DNA of 63,094 nt, the filler included, from an uncultured bacterium (GTDB lineage Bacteria > Auribacterota > CAZIXI01), in the NCBI GenBank assembly GCA_964543115.1. It is 9 parts of 9 records of this genome, joined end to end, with 100 filler letters (N's around TTAATTAATTAA, not from the genome) between each part and the next. Parts side by side here need not be neighbours in the genome. Positions count along the whole stretch, not along the records: positions 28,575 to 35,454 come from CAZIXI010000184.1; positions 35,555 to 42,419 come from CAZIXI010000185.1; 7 more parts are not named here. The stretch is one strand, 5' to 3'. The notes below the pieces were generated by a model. The model was not told the origin of the DNA. It saw only the letters and a list, made by a program, of their open reading frames with translations, and did not search any database. The translations under genes and the position numbers were made by a program. Below, in pieces: positions 31,880 to 42,519 of this stretch (within the stretch, counting starts at the first letter, position 1; every line of letters starts with the position of its first letter).

Positions 31880-34299
31880 GAAAAAAATATTTTTTAATGG
31901 TAATCTTATGTTTCTTGCTGCCGGCGAATATAATTGCCGCCGATGAGTTGGCTGATGAATACTCGGCTCTTAGCAGTGATGCGGCGTCGCCGGTTGAATC
32001 CGCGGGAGCTGAATCAACTCTAGCGGAAGCCACAGAGAGCGAGACTGAACTGGCCGAGTCGGCAGCAGAGATAAAGAAGAAGAAACCGGAAATTCCCGTT
32101 AACTGTAATGCGGATAATGTTACCTATAATCGAGAAACTAACACAATTATTGGTAAAGGTAACGTGGATGTTACTTATAAAGACAATTATCTAAAGGCAG
32201 ATGAGGTGGAGGTGCACCTGGCCACTAAGGAAGCGGAGGCGCGGGGTAATGTTATTCTCTCTGATGGAGAGAGTATTTTTACCGGGGACCGGGTTTTCTA
32301 CAGCTTTGAAACGGGTGAGGCTAATATAGACGGGGTCGGCAGCCGGATGGATCCCTGGTTTGCTACGGGAGAGAAAGGTGAACGGATCTCTGAAAAGGTT
32401 TATTATGTAGAGAATGGTTATGTGAGTACCTGTGATTATGTTGTGCCGCATTATCGTGTCAGGGGCCGGCACATCCATATTTATCCTGAAGACAAAATTG
32501 TTATCAGAAGTATTACTGTTTATTGGGGAAAGGTGCCGGTGTTTTACTGGCCATACTATAGCAAGTCACTCAAAGATGATCAGTCGCCCTGGGTGTTTAT
32601 TCCGGGGAAAAACAATAAGCTGGGATATTACCTTATTGTCGGTTATACGATGTGGTGGGATAAGGTCCTTGGCGGAAAACTAAGGGCAATGCCTCATGTC
32701 CATTGGTATCAGAAACGCGGAATCGGCTACGGGGTTAATCTTAAATACGGGATGCTAAATAGGATACGCAGTAAGTTTCGCAGTTTCTATATAGATGACC
32801 GGGCGATGGAGGAAAATGTTTACGATATTTTTGGAAACATTGTGTCAACGCTGAAAAAGCGGGCGAAAAGGTACCGCCTGGGCTGGGATTATGCGCAACA
32901 AATAGACAAGAAAACCCGTGCGCTTGCCAGTCTGACGTATTTGAGTGACAATACGGTGCTGTTTGATTATTATAAAGATGAATTCCAGCAGCTAATCCAG
33001 CCGAAAAATTACGCATATATTTCCCGTACGTCCAGAAATTATCAGCTGAGTTTGCAGGTAAGAAAGAGATTGAATGATTTTTATACTGTTTACGAGCAGT
33101 TGCCTCAGGCCACTTTTAGTGTTCCTAAATACAGGCTGGGTAAAACACGTTTTCTTTATACTGGTTATGTTTCGCCGGCGTATAGGACGTTGGTCTTCGC
33201 CAAAAACATTGCCCTGGATGATGTTTCGTCTGCGGTTTTTGATACTATACAGCAGTTGTCTTATCCGCGAAAGTATTTTGGCTGGTTGAATATTGTTCCC
33301 CGGATCGGGACCAGGCAGACGTATTTTAGTAAGAGCCTGGAGGTTGTGGATATAGAAACTATAGATCCGCTGACGGGAAATGTTATTGTTACGCAGAAAC
33401 AGGTTGTTGTAGATAAACAAATATTGCGCAGTAATTATTTTACGGGTGCGGAGTTTAGCACTAAGGCCTCCAGGATTTTCTACGTGCAGAGTGATTTTTG
33501 GGATGTTAATCTGTTGCGCCATATAATTGAGCCGCGGCTTAATTATACGTTTCAGCCTGAACCTTCGGAGCCGCCGGAGCATGTGCTGGGTTTTACCACG
33601 GCAGAGGCGAAAAAGAATTATCTCGGGTTGGGGCTGCGCAATAAATTGCAAACAAAACGTGATGAGTCTACCTGGAATATTATTGATTTCAATTTGAGTA
33701 CATATTTTTATCCGGAAAAGTATGAGGAAACGAAGACGATTATTGTACCGCCTCTTACCGGGGATCCCCTTGCCCTTCCGACGAGCCAGTTGGTGGTTCA
33801 GGAACGGTCATTTTCACATATTACAGGAAGGATGAGATTTAATCCGTTTGACTGGTTGTTGAGTGATACGGATTTTAACTGGGATCAGTATGACGGTCAG
33901 ATTGACAGTTTTAATACTGAATTTGTTCTTTATCGGGGGGATAAAGTGAGTTTCGGTGTGGGGTACCGCTACTTGCGTGGTCTGCTCTGGGATAAGATGC
34001 TTTGGACTAGTGAGCTTAATTATGCGATAAGTTCAAATTGGTCTGTGCGGATGATGCACCGCTATGATTTTGATAAGGAGCAGATAGAGAAACAGGAGTA
34101 TATTGTGTTTCGTGATCTGCATTGCTGGAAGGCGGCTCTTTGTTACCGGCGCTACCATGATATTGATGAAACAAATGTGTTTTTTGCCGTTTATCCCAAG
34201 GCCTATCCCAAGATGCCGTTTAGTTTTGGGACCACAATGATGGGATTTGGTGATGATAGTGATGATGGTACGACGGAGATTGATTTTGATGCTGGATAA
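31876..34299 (+). CDS. lptD: LPS-assembly protein LptD
   Basis: Signal peptide, OstA-like N domain (NADNVTYN...GNV), STC motif, aromatic beta-strand C-terminal barrel with late HCW. Confidence 0.8.
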   Translation: MRKKYFLMVILCFLLPANIIAADELADEYSALSSDAASPVESAGAESTLAEATESETELAESAAEIKKKKPEIPVNCNADNVTYNRETNTIIGKGNVDVTYKDNYLKADEVEVHLATKEAEARGNVILSDGESIFTGDRVFYSFETGEANIDGVGSRMDPWFATGEKGERISEKVYYVENGYVSTCDYVVPHYRVRGRHIHIYPEDKIVIRSITVYWGKVPVFYWPYYSKSLKDDQSPWVFIPGKNNKLGYYLIVGYTMWWDKVLGGKLRAMPHVHWYQKRGIGYGVNLKYGMLNRIRSKFRSFYIDDRAMEENVYDIFGNIVSTLKKRAKRYRLGWDYAQQIDKKTRALASLTYLSDNTVLFDYYKDEFQQLIQPKNYAYISRTSRNYQLSLQVRKRLNDFYTVYEQLPQATFSVPKYRLGKTRFLYTGYVSPAYRTLVFAKNIALDDVSSAVFDTIQQLSYPRKYFGWLNIVPRIGTRQTYFSKSLEVVDIETIDPLTGNVIVTQKQVVVDKQILRSNYFTGAEFSTKASRIFYVQSDFWDVNLLRHIIEPRLNYTFQPEPSEPPEHVLGFTTAEAKKNYLGLGLRNKLQTKRDESTWNIIDFNLSTYFYPEKYEETKTIIVPPLTGDPLALPTSQLVVQERSFSHITGRMRFNPFDWLLSDTDFNWDQYDGQIDSFNTEFVLYRGDKVSFGVGYRYLRGLLWDKMLWTSELNYAISSNWSVRMMHRYDFDKEQIEKQEYIVFRDLHCWKAALCYRRYHDIDETNVFFAVYPKAYPKMPFSFGTTMMGFGDDSDDGTTEIDFDAG

Positions 34300-34369
34300 G
34301 GGGAAGATATTGTAATAGTTGAGGATTGCAGGTGTTTCTGGATTCCTAACGGAAAAAGGATGTTTTAGT

Positions 34370-35454
34370 GTGAAGACGCTGTTTTTTTTGTGTTTATTGT
34401 TTGTTGTTTGCTCTTCAGCTCTGGCCGCACAGGATACTCTGCGCCTCAGTCGCGTGGATGATCTTTATGTTGTTTGGGAGCAATCCGACGGTAATGATAC
34501 GGAAATATTTATTAGCCAGCGTAATGGCGGGCGTTGGTCGGAGCCGCAGCAGCTGACGGACAACGACCTGAATGATAGTTCCCCTTGCGTGGCGCTGGAT
34601 AAAAATGACCGGCCCTGGGTGGTTTGGGTTGGGGCAGACGGGGTGAGTACGTCTATTTTTGCCAGCCATAAGAAGGACAGGTCTTGGAGCAGGGTTGAGC
34701 AGGTTGATAGTGTTGATATTTATGATGATACGATGCCTTGTGTTACTGTTGATGGAGAAAATAAGCCGTGGGTGGTCTGGTCGGGCAATGACGGCCGGGA
34801 TGATGATATTTATCTTAGCGGTTGGAACGGGATTAACTGGCAGCCGGAAGTGATGGTGAATGAGGATGATTGGACCCCTGATCTGGCGCCGGCAGTGGCG
34901 TTGGATTCGGATAAAGAACTATTGATTACCTGGATGGGGTATAACGGGAGGAATTATCAGTTGTATTACAGCAGGTATTCTGACGGTAAAACCTATCCTG
35001 AGAAATCATTCGGTCTGCCGGCGGCGGATAGTTTTGGAGAATGTCCCAGTATGCTTAGTTCCAATATTGATAAAATTGAAGTTTTTTGGGCAGCTAGGAA
35101 TAATTACTATAGCGTAGTGGGCAGTGATAATAAATGGGATTATCAAGGAGTAACTTCGGTTAGTTGTAGGGATGAATTTTTGGAAGGATTATTATTCGAG
35201 TTGCAGAAACCACTCTGGATTGCCTGGCCGGGTAGAGGGCAAAAGCAGAATTTCCGCTTAATGCCGATATTTTCAAACCAATATTTGGTGAAGACGGAAA
35301 AAAACGGTTTTGGTTTCTGGCGGGAGTTGTTCAGTGTGCTGGATCCGGTTGCGGAAGCGGCGGTTGAGCCCACGCTCTATATTGCTTTTGGAGACAGTAT
35401 TACTAATGGCCGGGACTTGGCCGGGTATCCGCCAAAACTGGAATTAAAGTTGAG
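34370..35454 (+). CDS. Secreted protein with propeller-like repeats followed by the start of an SGNH/GDSL hydrolase domain (3'-truncated)
   Basis: GTG start MKTLFFLCLL, repeats of PWVVW...D.DI(Y/F), and YIAFGDSITNG near the truncation. Confidence 0.65.
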
Positions 35455-35554
35455 NNNNNNNNNNNNNNNNNNNNNNNNNNNNNNNNNNNNNNNNNNNNTT
35501 AATTAATTAANNNNNNNNNNNNNNNNNNNNNNNNNNNNNNNNNNNNNNNNNNNN
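35455..35554. other. Artificial contig linker
   Basis: 44 N + TTAATTAATTAA + 44 N. Confidence 0.97.
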
Positions 35555-35857
35555 TTTTACCACATAATCATCCGCGCCGGCGGCACGGGCCTTCTCCGCG
35601 TTAACCGCGTCAACTACTCCGGTAAACACAACAACCTTAATAGCGGCATCGGCGTCCTTAATCTGCCGGCAGACCTCATTGCCATCCATATCAGGCAATA
35701 TTGTATCAACTAAAACCAGCTGTGGTTTTTCGCTCTTTGCTTTCGCAATACCATCTTTCCCTTCGGCCGCCTCCAGTACATCACATTCATATGATTTAAG
35801 TATATAATCAAGGCTCTTCCTTGACGCAAAATCATCATCAATTACTAGGACCTTCAT
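35555..35857 (-). CDS. CheY-like response regulator receiver (3'-truncated)
   Basis: MKVLVIDDD...LVDTILPDMDGNEVC...FTG...GADDYVVK. A 10-N gap separates it from the upstream kinase. Confidence 0.85.
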
Positions 35858-35876
35858 TATNNNNNNNNNNACCAGT

Positions 35877-37334
35877 TTATTCTTTGGAGAAAACGAGAGT
35901 AAATGTACTACCCTTATCCAACTCTGATTCCAGACTAACCTCGCCGCCAATAAGCGTGATCAGATACTTCACCAAGGCCAGCCCCAGACCAACACCGGCA
36001 ACATTCCCGGTAAAGAACTTCTCTACTTGATAAAACTGTTCGAACACATTCTCCTTCTCTTCCGGCGGCACACCGGGACCATTATCGGCCACGGTTACGA
36101 CAAGCCCCCGCTCCTCCGGCTTAACAGCTAGATCCACCTTCACAACATCCTTATCGTTAAACTTAACGGCGTTTTCAATCAGGTTCTTCATTATCAGATT
36201 AAAAAATATCCTTTTTAACGGAAAAGAGAGCCCGGCCGGACAGGCAAGATTGATTTCCACCTTTTTCTTGCGATACTTTTTCCAGGAATCGATAATAGTT
36301 GTTAGCTGCTTTTTGATCTCTGTCTCCTCTGGCGTTACAAAGTAGCCTTCTTTACTTATATCAACAAAATCAAGCAGCTTTTCAATCAATTCCTTAAGCT
36401 GCTTAGATTTATCAAGAATATGGCTCAGTATTTCCCCTTGTTTTTCGTTAACCTCCCCGAGAGTTTTTTCACTTAACAGTTGAGCAGACTCATTAATAAC
36501 AAATATCGGAGTACGCAACTTGTGTGAAATGAGGCCCAAAAAGCTCTGTTTGAGCATTTTTTCCAGCCGGCTGCGGGTTACATTGCCTATCTTTAAAATA
36601 ACACTGGTTAATTCTCCCAGCTGGTTTCTAATTAGGTGGGAATTAACTTCCAGTATAAGCGCCTTACGCGTATCCGTTTCCGGACGGACAATGTCAAATA
36701 CCAAATTTTTAGTTTTTAAATCACCGGCAATATCTTTACCGCTATAGCGGATGTCGAAATTGGCATTCAAGAAAGACTTATATAAATCACCAAACATTTT
36801 GCCTGTTACCTCTTCCGCGCCAAGAGAAAGCAGTTCTCTGGCCTGTGTATTAAGATGGGAAACCTTCAGCTTATTATCTAACACAATTATCCCGTCTTTA
36901 ATGGTATTCACCACATCTTCAAACTTTTCTTTCTCATCCAGTGACGCACGGTAATAATTCAATTTCAAGAGGGCCCGGACCCGGGCCTGAACCTCCTGCT
37001 TGTCAAATGGTTTAGAAATGAAATCATCGCAACCGCTTTTTATCGCTTTCAGCCGGTCCTCCTTTTCGCGTAAAGCGGTAAGCATTATTATCGGGACCAT
37101 CCGGCTATCTTCCTGGGCGCGCAGCGTCTCCAGCACCTTAAATCCGTTCATTCCCGGCATCATAATATCCAGGAGAATAAGATCCGGCAGGTTGGCGGCA
37201 ACTGTCTCCAGGGCCTTTTCGCCGTTTTCGGCAAATTGCACCTCATAACCCTGAGGAGTCAATAAGGCCTCTAATAATTCCAGATTTTGTTCTTCATCAT
37301 CAACTAATAGTATTTTCGGTTTCTTCTGATTCAT
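35877..37334 (-). CDS. Hybrid histidine kinase REC-PAS-HisKA-HATPase
   Basis: KILLVDDEE, LLDIMMPG, SHKLRTP, ENAVKF, DNGPG, GVGLGL. Confidence 0.9.
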   Translation of the reverse strand: MNQKKPKILLVDDEEQNLELLEALLTPQGYEVQFAENGEKALETVAANLPDLILLDIMMPGMNGFKVLETLRAQEDSRMVPIIMLTALREKEDRLKAIKSGCDDFISKPFDKQEVQARVRALLKLNYYRASLDEKEKFEDVVNTIKDGIIVLDNKLKVSHLNTQARELLSLGAEEVTGKMFGDLYKSFLNANFDIRYSGKDIAGDLKTKNLVFDIVRPETDTRKALILEVNSHLIRNQLGELTSVILKIGNVTRSRLEKMLKQSFLGLISHKLRTPIFVINESAQLLSEKTLGEVNEKQGEILSHILDKSKQLKELIEKLLDFVDISKEGYFVTPEETEIKKQLTTIIDSWKKYRKKKVEINLACPAGLSFPLKRIFFNLIMKNLIENAVKFNDKDVVKVDLAVKPEERGLVVTVADNGPGVPPEEKENVFEQFYQVEKFFTGNVAGVGLGLALVKYLITLIGGEVSLESELDKGSTFTLVFSKE

Positions 37335-38919
37335 TAACGCTCCCCTTCTCCAGAGGTAACACAAAGGTAAACGTGCACCCTTTACCCTTACCGTCTGATT
37401 CCACCCAGATATTCCCCCCGTGCAGTTTTAACAACCTGCGGGTAAGAGATAGCCCCAGGCCGGTACCCTTAAATTTTTTTGTATAACTGTCTTCTACTTG
37501 ATAAAATTCATCAAAAACTTTTTCCACTTGATCTTTCTCCAGGCCAATCCCCGTATCCCACACTGAAACAACATAGAACTTTTCAGTTTTCTGGGCCCGG
37601 ATACCAATCTTCCCATCATCCGGAGTAAACTTAGCGGCATTGGACAATAAATTATAAATTATCTGTTTCAGATTAGTCTCATCCGCCGTAACATTGCCAA
37701 GATCCGGAGCAAACTCGGTTACCAGCTCGATATTGTGTTTCATTGCCCGCTCTTTAATCAGCACCAAACTGTCCAGCAACAGTTGTTTCAACGGAAAAGA
37801 AGTAAGAGACAATTCCATTTTGCCGGATTCCGCTTTTGACAAGTCCAGGATATTATTAATTAAAGAAAGGAGATGATTACCGCTGCTGGCGATATTACTC
37901 ACATATTTTTTTTGTTTCTCATTAAGCGGCCCAAATGTTTCGTCATCCAGCACATCCGCGAAACCAATAATAGAATTCATCGGTGTACGCAGTTCATGAC
38001 TCATATTAGCGAGAAAATCACTTTTGGTCCGGCTGGCCGCCGCCGCCTCTTCTTCGGCTTTTCTACGTTCCACTATTTCTTCGCTAAGTTTTCCGATAGA
38101 AATAGTATTCTCTTTCAGGTTCTTCATCATCCGATTAAAGGCCCTGCCCAGCTGATTAATTTCATCTTTCGTTTGCACATTAACCCGGGCATTAAGGTTC
38201 CCCTTGCCCACTTCTGCCGCCGCTTGCGTAAGCTGCACTATCGGGCGGGAAATATGGTGGGAAATATACAGACTACACACAATCGCGAAGATTAAGGACA
38301 ATACCGTAGCGGCAAACACGATCTGCGTCCCGTTTTTCACCAAAATCTGCGTTTGCCTCAAAGTATCATATAATATAGTATTGTATTTAAGCAGTGACTC
38401 ATTAAAAGTTAATTGCTGGCGCTCAACATATACCTCAATCTTATCCAGTAATTGTGTTTTTTTCTCTTGATAGGCCTTATCTTCGATTATTCTAGCGGCA
38501 GCCGCCTTTTTGCCCGTATCCACAAGATAAATGCATTTCTTTTCCATATCCACGAGCGAATCATGAAAAACCTCTATCTCCTCCAGGAATGTTTTATCTT
38601 TTTCATTTGCTTTATCCATCGCCTCTTTGATAAGAGCATCCATCACGGACAAAACATTCTCAAATTGTTTTCTCCATTTTCTATTTTGCGTAAAAATATA
38701 ATTCGCCGCTGCTTGACTAAGTATCGTTGAATTGTGCTGCAGCCTGCGGGATAAATCATCACGATAGGTAGATTCCGATAAGGCCCTAATACTGGCGGGA
38801 ACTCTCTCCTTTACCGGCTCAGCAATCTTGTAGATACGCACGACAGAGACAAATCCGACAAGTAAGACAATCCCTACTATTGACGAAAACCCCAATATTA
38901 ATTTAAATCTGATTTTCAT
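37300..38919 (-). CDS. Membrane sensor histidine kinase (periplasmic sensor-HAMP-HisKA-HATPase)
   Basis: Two TMs, HAMP (DEINQLGRAFNRM), MSHELRTP, NAAKFT, DTGIG, GTGLGL. Confidence 0.92.
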   Translation of the reverse strand: MKIRFKLILGFSSIVGIVLLVGFVSVVRIYKIAEPVKERVPASIRALSESTYRDDLSRRLQHNSTILSQAAANYIFTQNRKWRKQFENVLSVMDALIKEAMDKANEKDKTFLEEIEVFHDSLVDMEKKCIYLVDTGKKAAAARIIEDKAYQEKKTQLLDKIEVYVERQQLTFNESLLKYNTILYDTLRQTQILVKNGTQIVFAATVLSLIFAIVCSLYISHHISRPIVQLTQAAAEVGKGNLNARVNVQTKDEINQLGRAFNRMMKNLKENTISIGKLSEEIVERRKAEEEAAAASRTKSDFLANMSHELRTPMNSIIGFADVLDDETFGPLNEKQKKYVSNIASSGNHLLSLINNILDLSKAESGKMELSLTSFPLKQLLLDSLVLIKERAMKHNIELVTEFAPDLGNVTADETNLKQIIYNLLSNAAKFTPDDGKIGIRAQKTEKFYVVSVWDTGIGLEKDQVEKVFDEFYQVEDSYTKKFKGTGLGLSLTRRLLKLHGGNIWVESDGKGKGCTFTFVLPLEKGSVNESEETENTIS

Positions 38920-39125
38920 TGATTTTAATTTTAGAGTTTTTTAACAATTACGTACCTAGATAGAGAGGAATCATATACGTATGGGAGAAAGAAAAATAAA
39001 TATATATTATTGCCAAGATTTTAATGCTGTTTAGCGAATTTGTCAATAAAAAAGGAAGGTGGAACAACTCAACTAAACAGATTTGGACGCAGAGGCTTTC
39101 GGAAAGGAAGTTTTTATGAAAGGCG

Positions 39126-40502
39126 TTAACGGAAAAGCCCCTGTTCTACCAGGGCAATCATGATAGCGGCTATTTTGGAATCAAATTGCTTACCGGAATT
39201 CCTTTTAAGTTCCGCAAGCGCATTTTTCACAGTTAAGGCACTACGGTATGGTCTTTCAGAAACCATGGCATCATAGGCATCACAAACAGCTAATATCCTG
39301 GCTCCCAGGGGAATTTTTGTCCCTTTTAATCCATCTGGATACCCTTTACCATCAAAGCGCTCATGATGATGGCGGATAGCCCGAAGTGTTTTTTTAAGGG
39401 CGGCAATCGGCCTGAGTATCCTTTCGGAGATAAGCGGATGCCGTTTAACCCGGTCAAATTCTTCCGGCGTTAACCGGGAAGGCTTGGAAAGGATCTTATC
39501 GCTGATCCCGATCTTACCAATATCATGCAGTAAAGCGCTTAAAACCACCGTTTCAACCTCTTTGGGCTTCAAACGCAGCCGTTCAGCGATCATCCGGCTG
39601 CTATTAGCCATCCGCTTGGAATGGTCAACTGTATAACTGTCGCGGGCATCCAGCGCGGAAGAAAAAGATTTAACCATCTCCACAAACATCCGCTGGAGGT
39701 CTTCCTTAATCTTCCGGCGTTCAATCTCTTTAGCCACCAGGGCGGCAATTTCTACCAGGAATTCCTTCTCCGCCTTATTCAATAACCGTTTACGACCACA
39801 ATAGCCGGAAACAACTCCACCGACGATTTCACCGTCTATCTTAAGGGGAACCGCAAAAGCCCCCTTTTGCTTTAACTGCTTCTCCGCCCCCGCAATAGTT
39901 TTCAGACCGCGAAATGTCTTGATACATTTGCGGTCTTTTTCATCACAAATCCAAACAATGAAATATGAATCAGGAAAATCCAGGGCATTGCAGGAGATAT
40001 TGGCCACATCCTCGAACAAATCATCCAGATTGGTCATCCGGTCGATTTCCTGACTAACCTGATAAAGGGCGGAGAGTTCTTTTATCCGTTCCGCCAGGGC
40101 CTCTTCATCCTTTTTTACGCGGGTTATATCCCTGACAATACCGCAGAGAAAAATAACATGGCCATCATGATCAAAAATCGGATATTCGGTTATCTCGAAA
40201 AAAACATCTCCTTTTTTATGAAGAATCTTGCCTTCAAATTTTTCTGTTTTTCTTGTGCGTAACACTCTCTTATCCAGGGCCTCCAGCCTGCCGGCAATCA
40301 ATCGGGGGAAAACCTGGGAGGATTTCTTACCGATAAAATCCCTCACCTTAGAACCAAAAATATTGGCGGCAACTCTGTTTATTATCTGATAACGGCCCCG
40401 GATATCCTTAAAAAAGACTCCGTCTCCGCGGCGCTGGATAAGCTCCTTATAGCTCCGCCTTAATCTTTGCACCTGTTTTTTGCTTTTGGTTACAGTCTTC
40501 AT
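39126..40502 (-). CDS. PAS-GAF-HD-GYP cyclic di-nucleotide phosphodiesterase
   Basis: LLHDIGKIG, HHERFDGKGYPDGL, DAYDAM. Confidence 0.92.
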   Translation of the reverse strand: MKTVTKSKKQVQRLRRSYKELIQRRGDGVFFKDIRGRYQIINRVAANIFGSKVRDFIGKKSSQVFPRLIAGRLEALDKRVLRTRKTEKFEGKILHKKGDVFFEITEYPIFDHDGHVIFLCGIVRDITRVKKDEEALAERIKELSALYQVSQEIDRMTNLDDLFEDVANISCNALDFPDSYFIVWICDEKDRKCIKTFRGLKTIAGAEKQLKQKGAFAVPLKIDGEIVGGVVSGYCGRKRLLNKAEKEFLVEIAALVAKEIERRKIKEDLQRMFVEMVKSFSSALDARDSYTVDHSKRMANSSRMIAERLRLKPKEVETVVLSALLHDIGKIGISDKILSKPSRLTPEEFDRVKRHPLISERILRPIAALKKTLRAIRHHHERFDGKGYPDGLKGTKIPLGARILAVCDAYDAMVSERPYRSALTVKNALAELKRNSGKQFDSKIAAIMIALVEQGLFR

Positions 40503-40557
40503 TATAAGATAGGAATTATATAATATTTTCCAATTATTTAAAAGTAAATATTTTCAC

Positions 40558-40587
40558 TTGTCAACAAACCGGCCGGCAAGATATAAT
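40558..40587 (+). promoter_or_regulatory. Candidate sigma-70 promoter of mutM
   Basis: TTGTCA-N18-TATAAT ending 9 nt before the ATG. Confidence 0.5.
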
Positions 40588-40596
40588 CCCGGCATT

Positions 40597-41385
40597 ATGC
40601 CGGAATTACCAGAAGTAGAAACAGTTGTCAGGCAGTTGAGACCCAAAATCAGCGGGCAGCGAATAAAAAAAGTAATTATTATTGACCGCAAATTGGGTTC
40701 AGCTTCCCGCTACAGCACAATTACAAATAAAAAGATCCGGACTGTAGCACGCAGGGGAAAATATATCATCATTAGACTCAATGATGATGTTCGCCTCATT
40801 ATCCACCTAAGAATGACCGGCCAGCTGCTCTGGCAAGGAAACAGCGCGCAAGCGGATAAATACACCCGGGTCATCCTTCGGCTTTCTCCGCGGGCATATC
40901 TGCTGCTTAACGATCTGCGCCGTTTTGCCACCTTTACGATCACAAAAACACCCCTGAATTTGGGTATAGAACCACTAACGGCCGCCTTTAACAGTAAACA
41001 CCTCGGAAATATCCTGGCAGGCAGCAAAAGGGCCATTAAGGATTTTCTTTTGGACCAGAAAAAGATTGCCGGTATCGGCAACATCTACGCTTCAGAAATC
41101 CTTTTTGCCGGCAGGATCCATCCCCGGAGAATCTCTTCTTCTCTAAAACCGGCGGAAATGTTAAAATTAACAGCAGAAACAAAAAGGATCCTCAAACTGG
41201 CCATTAAGCATCAGGGTACGACCATATCTGACTTTGCCGACACCAATAAGAAGAAAGGAAATTTTCAAAGATTAATTAAGGTCTATGACAAAGAGGGCCA
41301 ACCCTGCCCCTGCTGCCGGACAGAGATCCGCAAAATAAAGCAACAGGGACGAAGCACATATTTCTGCCCTCATTGCCAGCATTAA
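40597..41385 (+). CDS. mutM: Formamidopyrimidine-DNA glycosylase
   Basis: MPELPEVETV, HLRMTG, GIGNIYASE, C-terminal zinc finger CPCC...YFCPHCQ. Confidence 0.95.
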   Translation: MPELPEVETVVRQLRPKISGQRIKKVIIIDRKLGSASRYSTITNKKIRTVARRGKYIIIRLNDDVRLIIHLRMTGQLLWQGNSAQADKYTRVILRLSPRAYLLLNDLRRFATFTITKTPLNLGIEPLTAAFNSKHLGNILAGSKRAIKDFLLDQKKIAGIGNIYASEILFAGRIHPRRISSSLKPAEMLKLTAETKRILKLAIKHQGTTISDFADTNKKKGNFQRLIKVYDKEGQPCPCCRTEIRKIKQQGRSTYFCPHCQH

Positions 41386-41396
41386 AGAGAGGAAAA

Positions 41397-41894
41397 ATGA
41401 AAATCGAAGAAAAGGCCGGACAGCTTGTCGTCACCGATTTTAATGAACTGGAAGCATACAAGATCGCGATTAAAATCGAAAAAGACGGTATCAATTTCTA
41501 TGAAAACCTGATTAATAAAGAAAAAAACGCGGCGGTAAAAAAGGAACTGGAATTTCTGCTGAGTGAAGAAAGGCAGCATCTAAAACTATTCCAGGAGCGT
41601 CTCTACGAACTAAGAGAAAAACTCGGGGACAACTTTGAAACAGACGACGTGTTAAATTACCTTGATTACGGGATTTTCCACCCCTATCAGGACATTAAAC
41701 ATTTAGAAAAAGCACTTAACAATATTAAAAAGACCCTCCGCCTGGGCATTATTATCGAAGAAAAATCCGTAAAATTCTACCAGGCCTGCCTGGAACATGT
41801 TTCTACCCCCCAGGCCAAAGATGCCTTAAAGAAAATCATCCAGGAAGAGACTAACCATCAAAATATTTTTGAAACAATGCTGGGCAAGGTATAG
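41397..41894 (+). CDS. Ferritin-like/rubrerythrin-family protein
   Basis: Two (I/E)ExxxxxFY...EExxH halves. Confidence 0.8.
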   Translation: MKIEEKAGQLVVTDFNELEAYKIAIKIEKDGINFYENLINKEKNAAVKKELEFLLSEERQHLKLFQERLYELREKLGDNFETDDVLNYLDYGIFHPYQDIKHLEKALNNIKKTLRLGIIIEEKSVKFYQACLEHVSTPQAKDALKKIIQEETNHQNIFETMLGKV

Positions 41895-41922
41895 GAGGAT
41901 TTATGAATAGGAGGATTTATGA
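41891..41922 (+). repeat. Exact 16-nt tandem duplication of an RBS and start codon
   Basis: ATAGGAGGATTTATGA x2. Confidence 0.9.
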
Positions 41923-42419
41923 ATAAATATTTACTTATTTTATTATTTTTACTTATTAGCTCTCCCGTCCGGGCCGCGGAATTTTCCGCGGATCTGGTAC
42001 AGCAAGGGTTTAGCGGCAACCAGGAAAGTAAGTTTTATATAAAGGGCAATAAATCCCGCACGGACACAGCGGACAATACAATAATCATAGATCCCAGCCG
42101 GGATAAGGCCTATATTCTGGATAAGGAAGAAAAGATATATTATGAAATGCCCCAGATGGCCGCCATGGCCCAGCTAGGAATGAACCAGGCCCAGCTGGAT
42201 GAAGAAATCGCCAACATTGCCGACAAAAAACAAATCGGCACGGAAAAGGTAAATGGCTATGAATGTGAAAAATATGAAATCGTCTACCATGATACTAATC
42301 TTGGTAAGATGACCCAGTGGTACTCAAAAAAGCTGGATTACCCGATTTAAATGGTCTATCAAAGTACGCTGGGAAAAATGACCCAAGAATACACAAATAT
42401 TAAAACTGACGGGATTAGT
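41919..42419 (+). CDS. DUF4412-like secreted protein with an in-frame TAA at 42348-42350 (3'-truncated)
   Basis: Signal peptide, EFSADLV, GTEKVNGYECEKY. The frame continues after TAA as MVYQSTLGKMTQEYTNIKTDGIS. Confidence 0.65.
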
Positions 42420-42519
42420 NNNNNNNNNNNNNNNNNNNNNNNNNNNNNNNNNNNNNNNNNNNNTTAATTAATTAANNNNNNNNNNNNNNNNNNNNNNNNN
42501 NNNNNNNNNNNNNNNNNNN
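42420..42519. other. Artificial contig linker
   Basis: 44 N + TTAATTAATTAA + 44 N. Confidence 0.97.

Noticed and set aside
35555..35950. ORF 35507..35950 as a single gene
   Set aside because: It crosses a 10-N gap. Only the receiver domain starting at 35857 is supported.
39060..39125. GGACGCAGAGGC next to the HD-GYP gene as a c-di-GMP-I riboswitch
   Set aside because: It is antisense to both flanking genes and lacks the upstream GCAAA/GAAA tetraloop arrangement.
42348..42350. Alternative genetic code or stop readthrough
   Set aside because: TAA, TAG and TGA all terminate conserved genes normally in this window.
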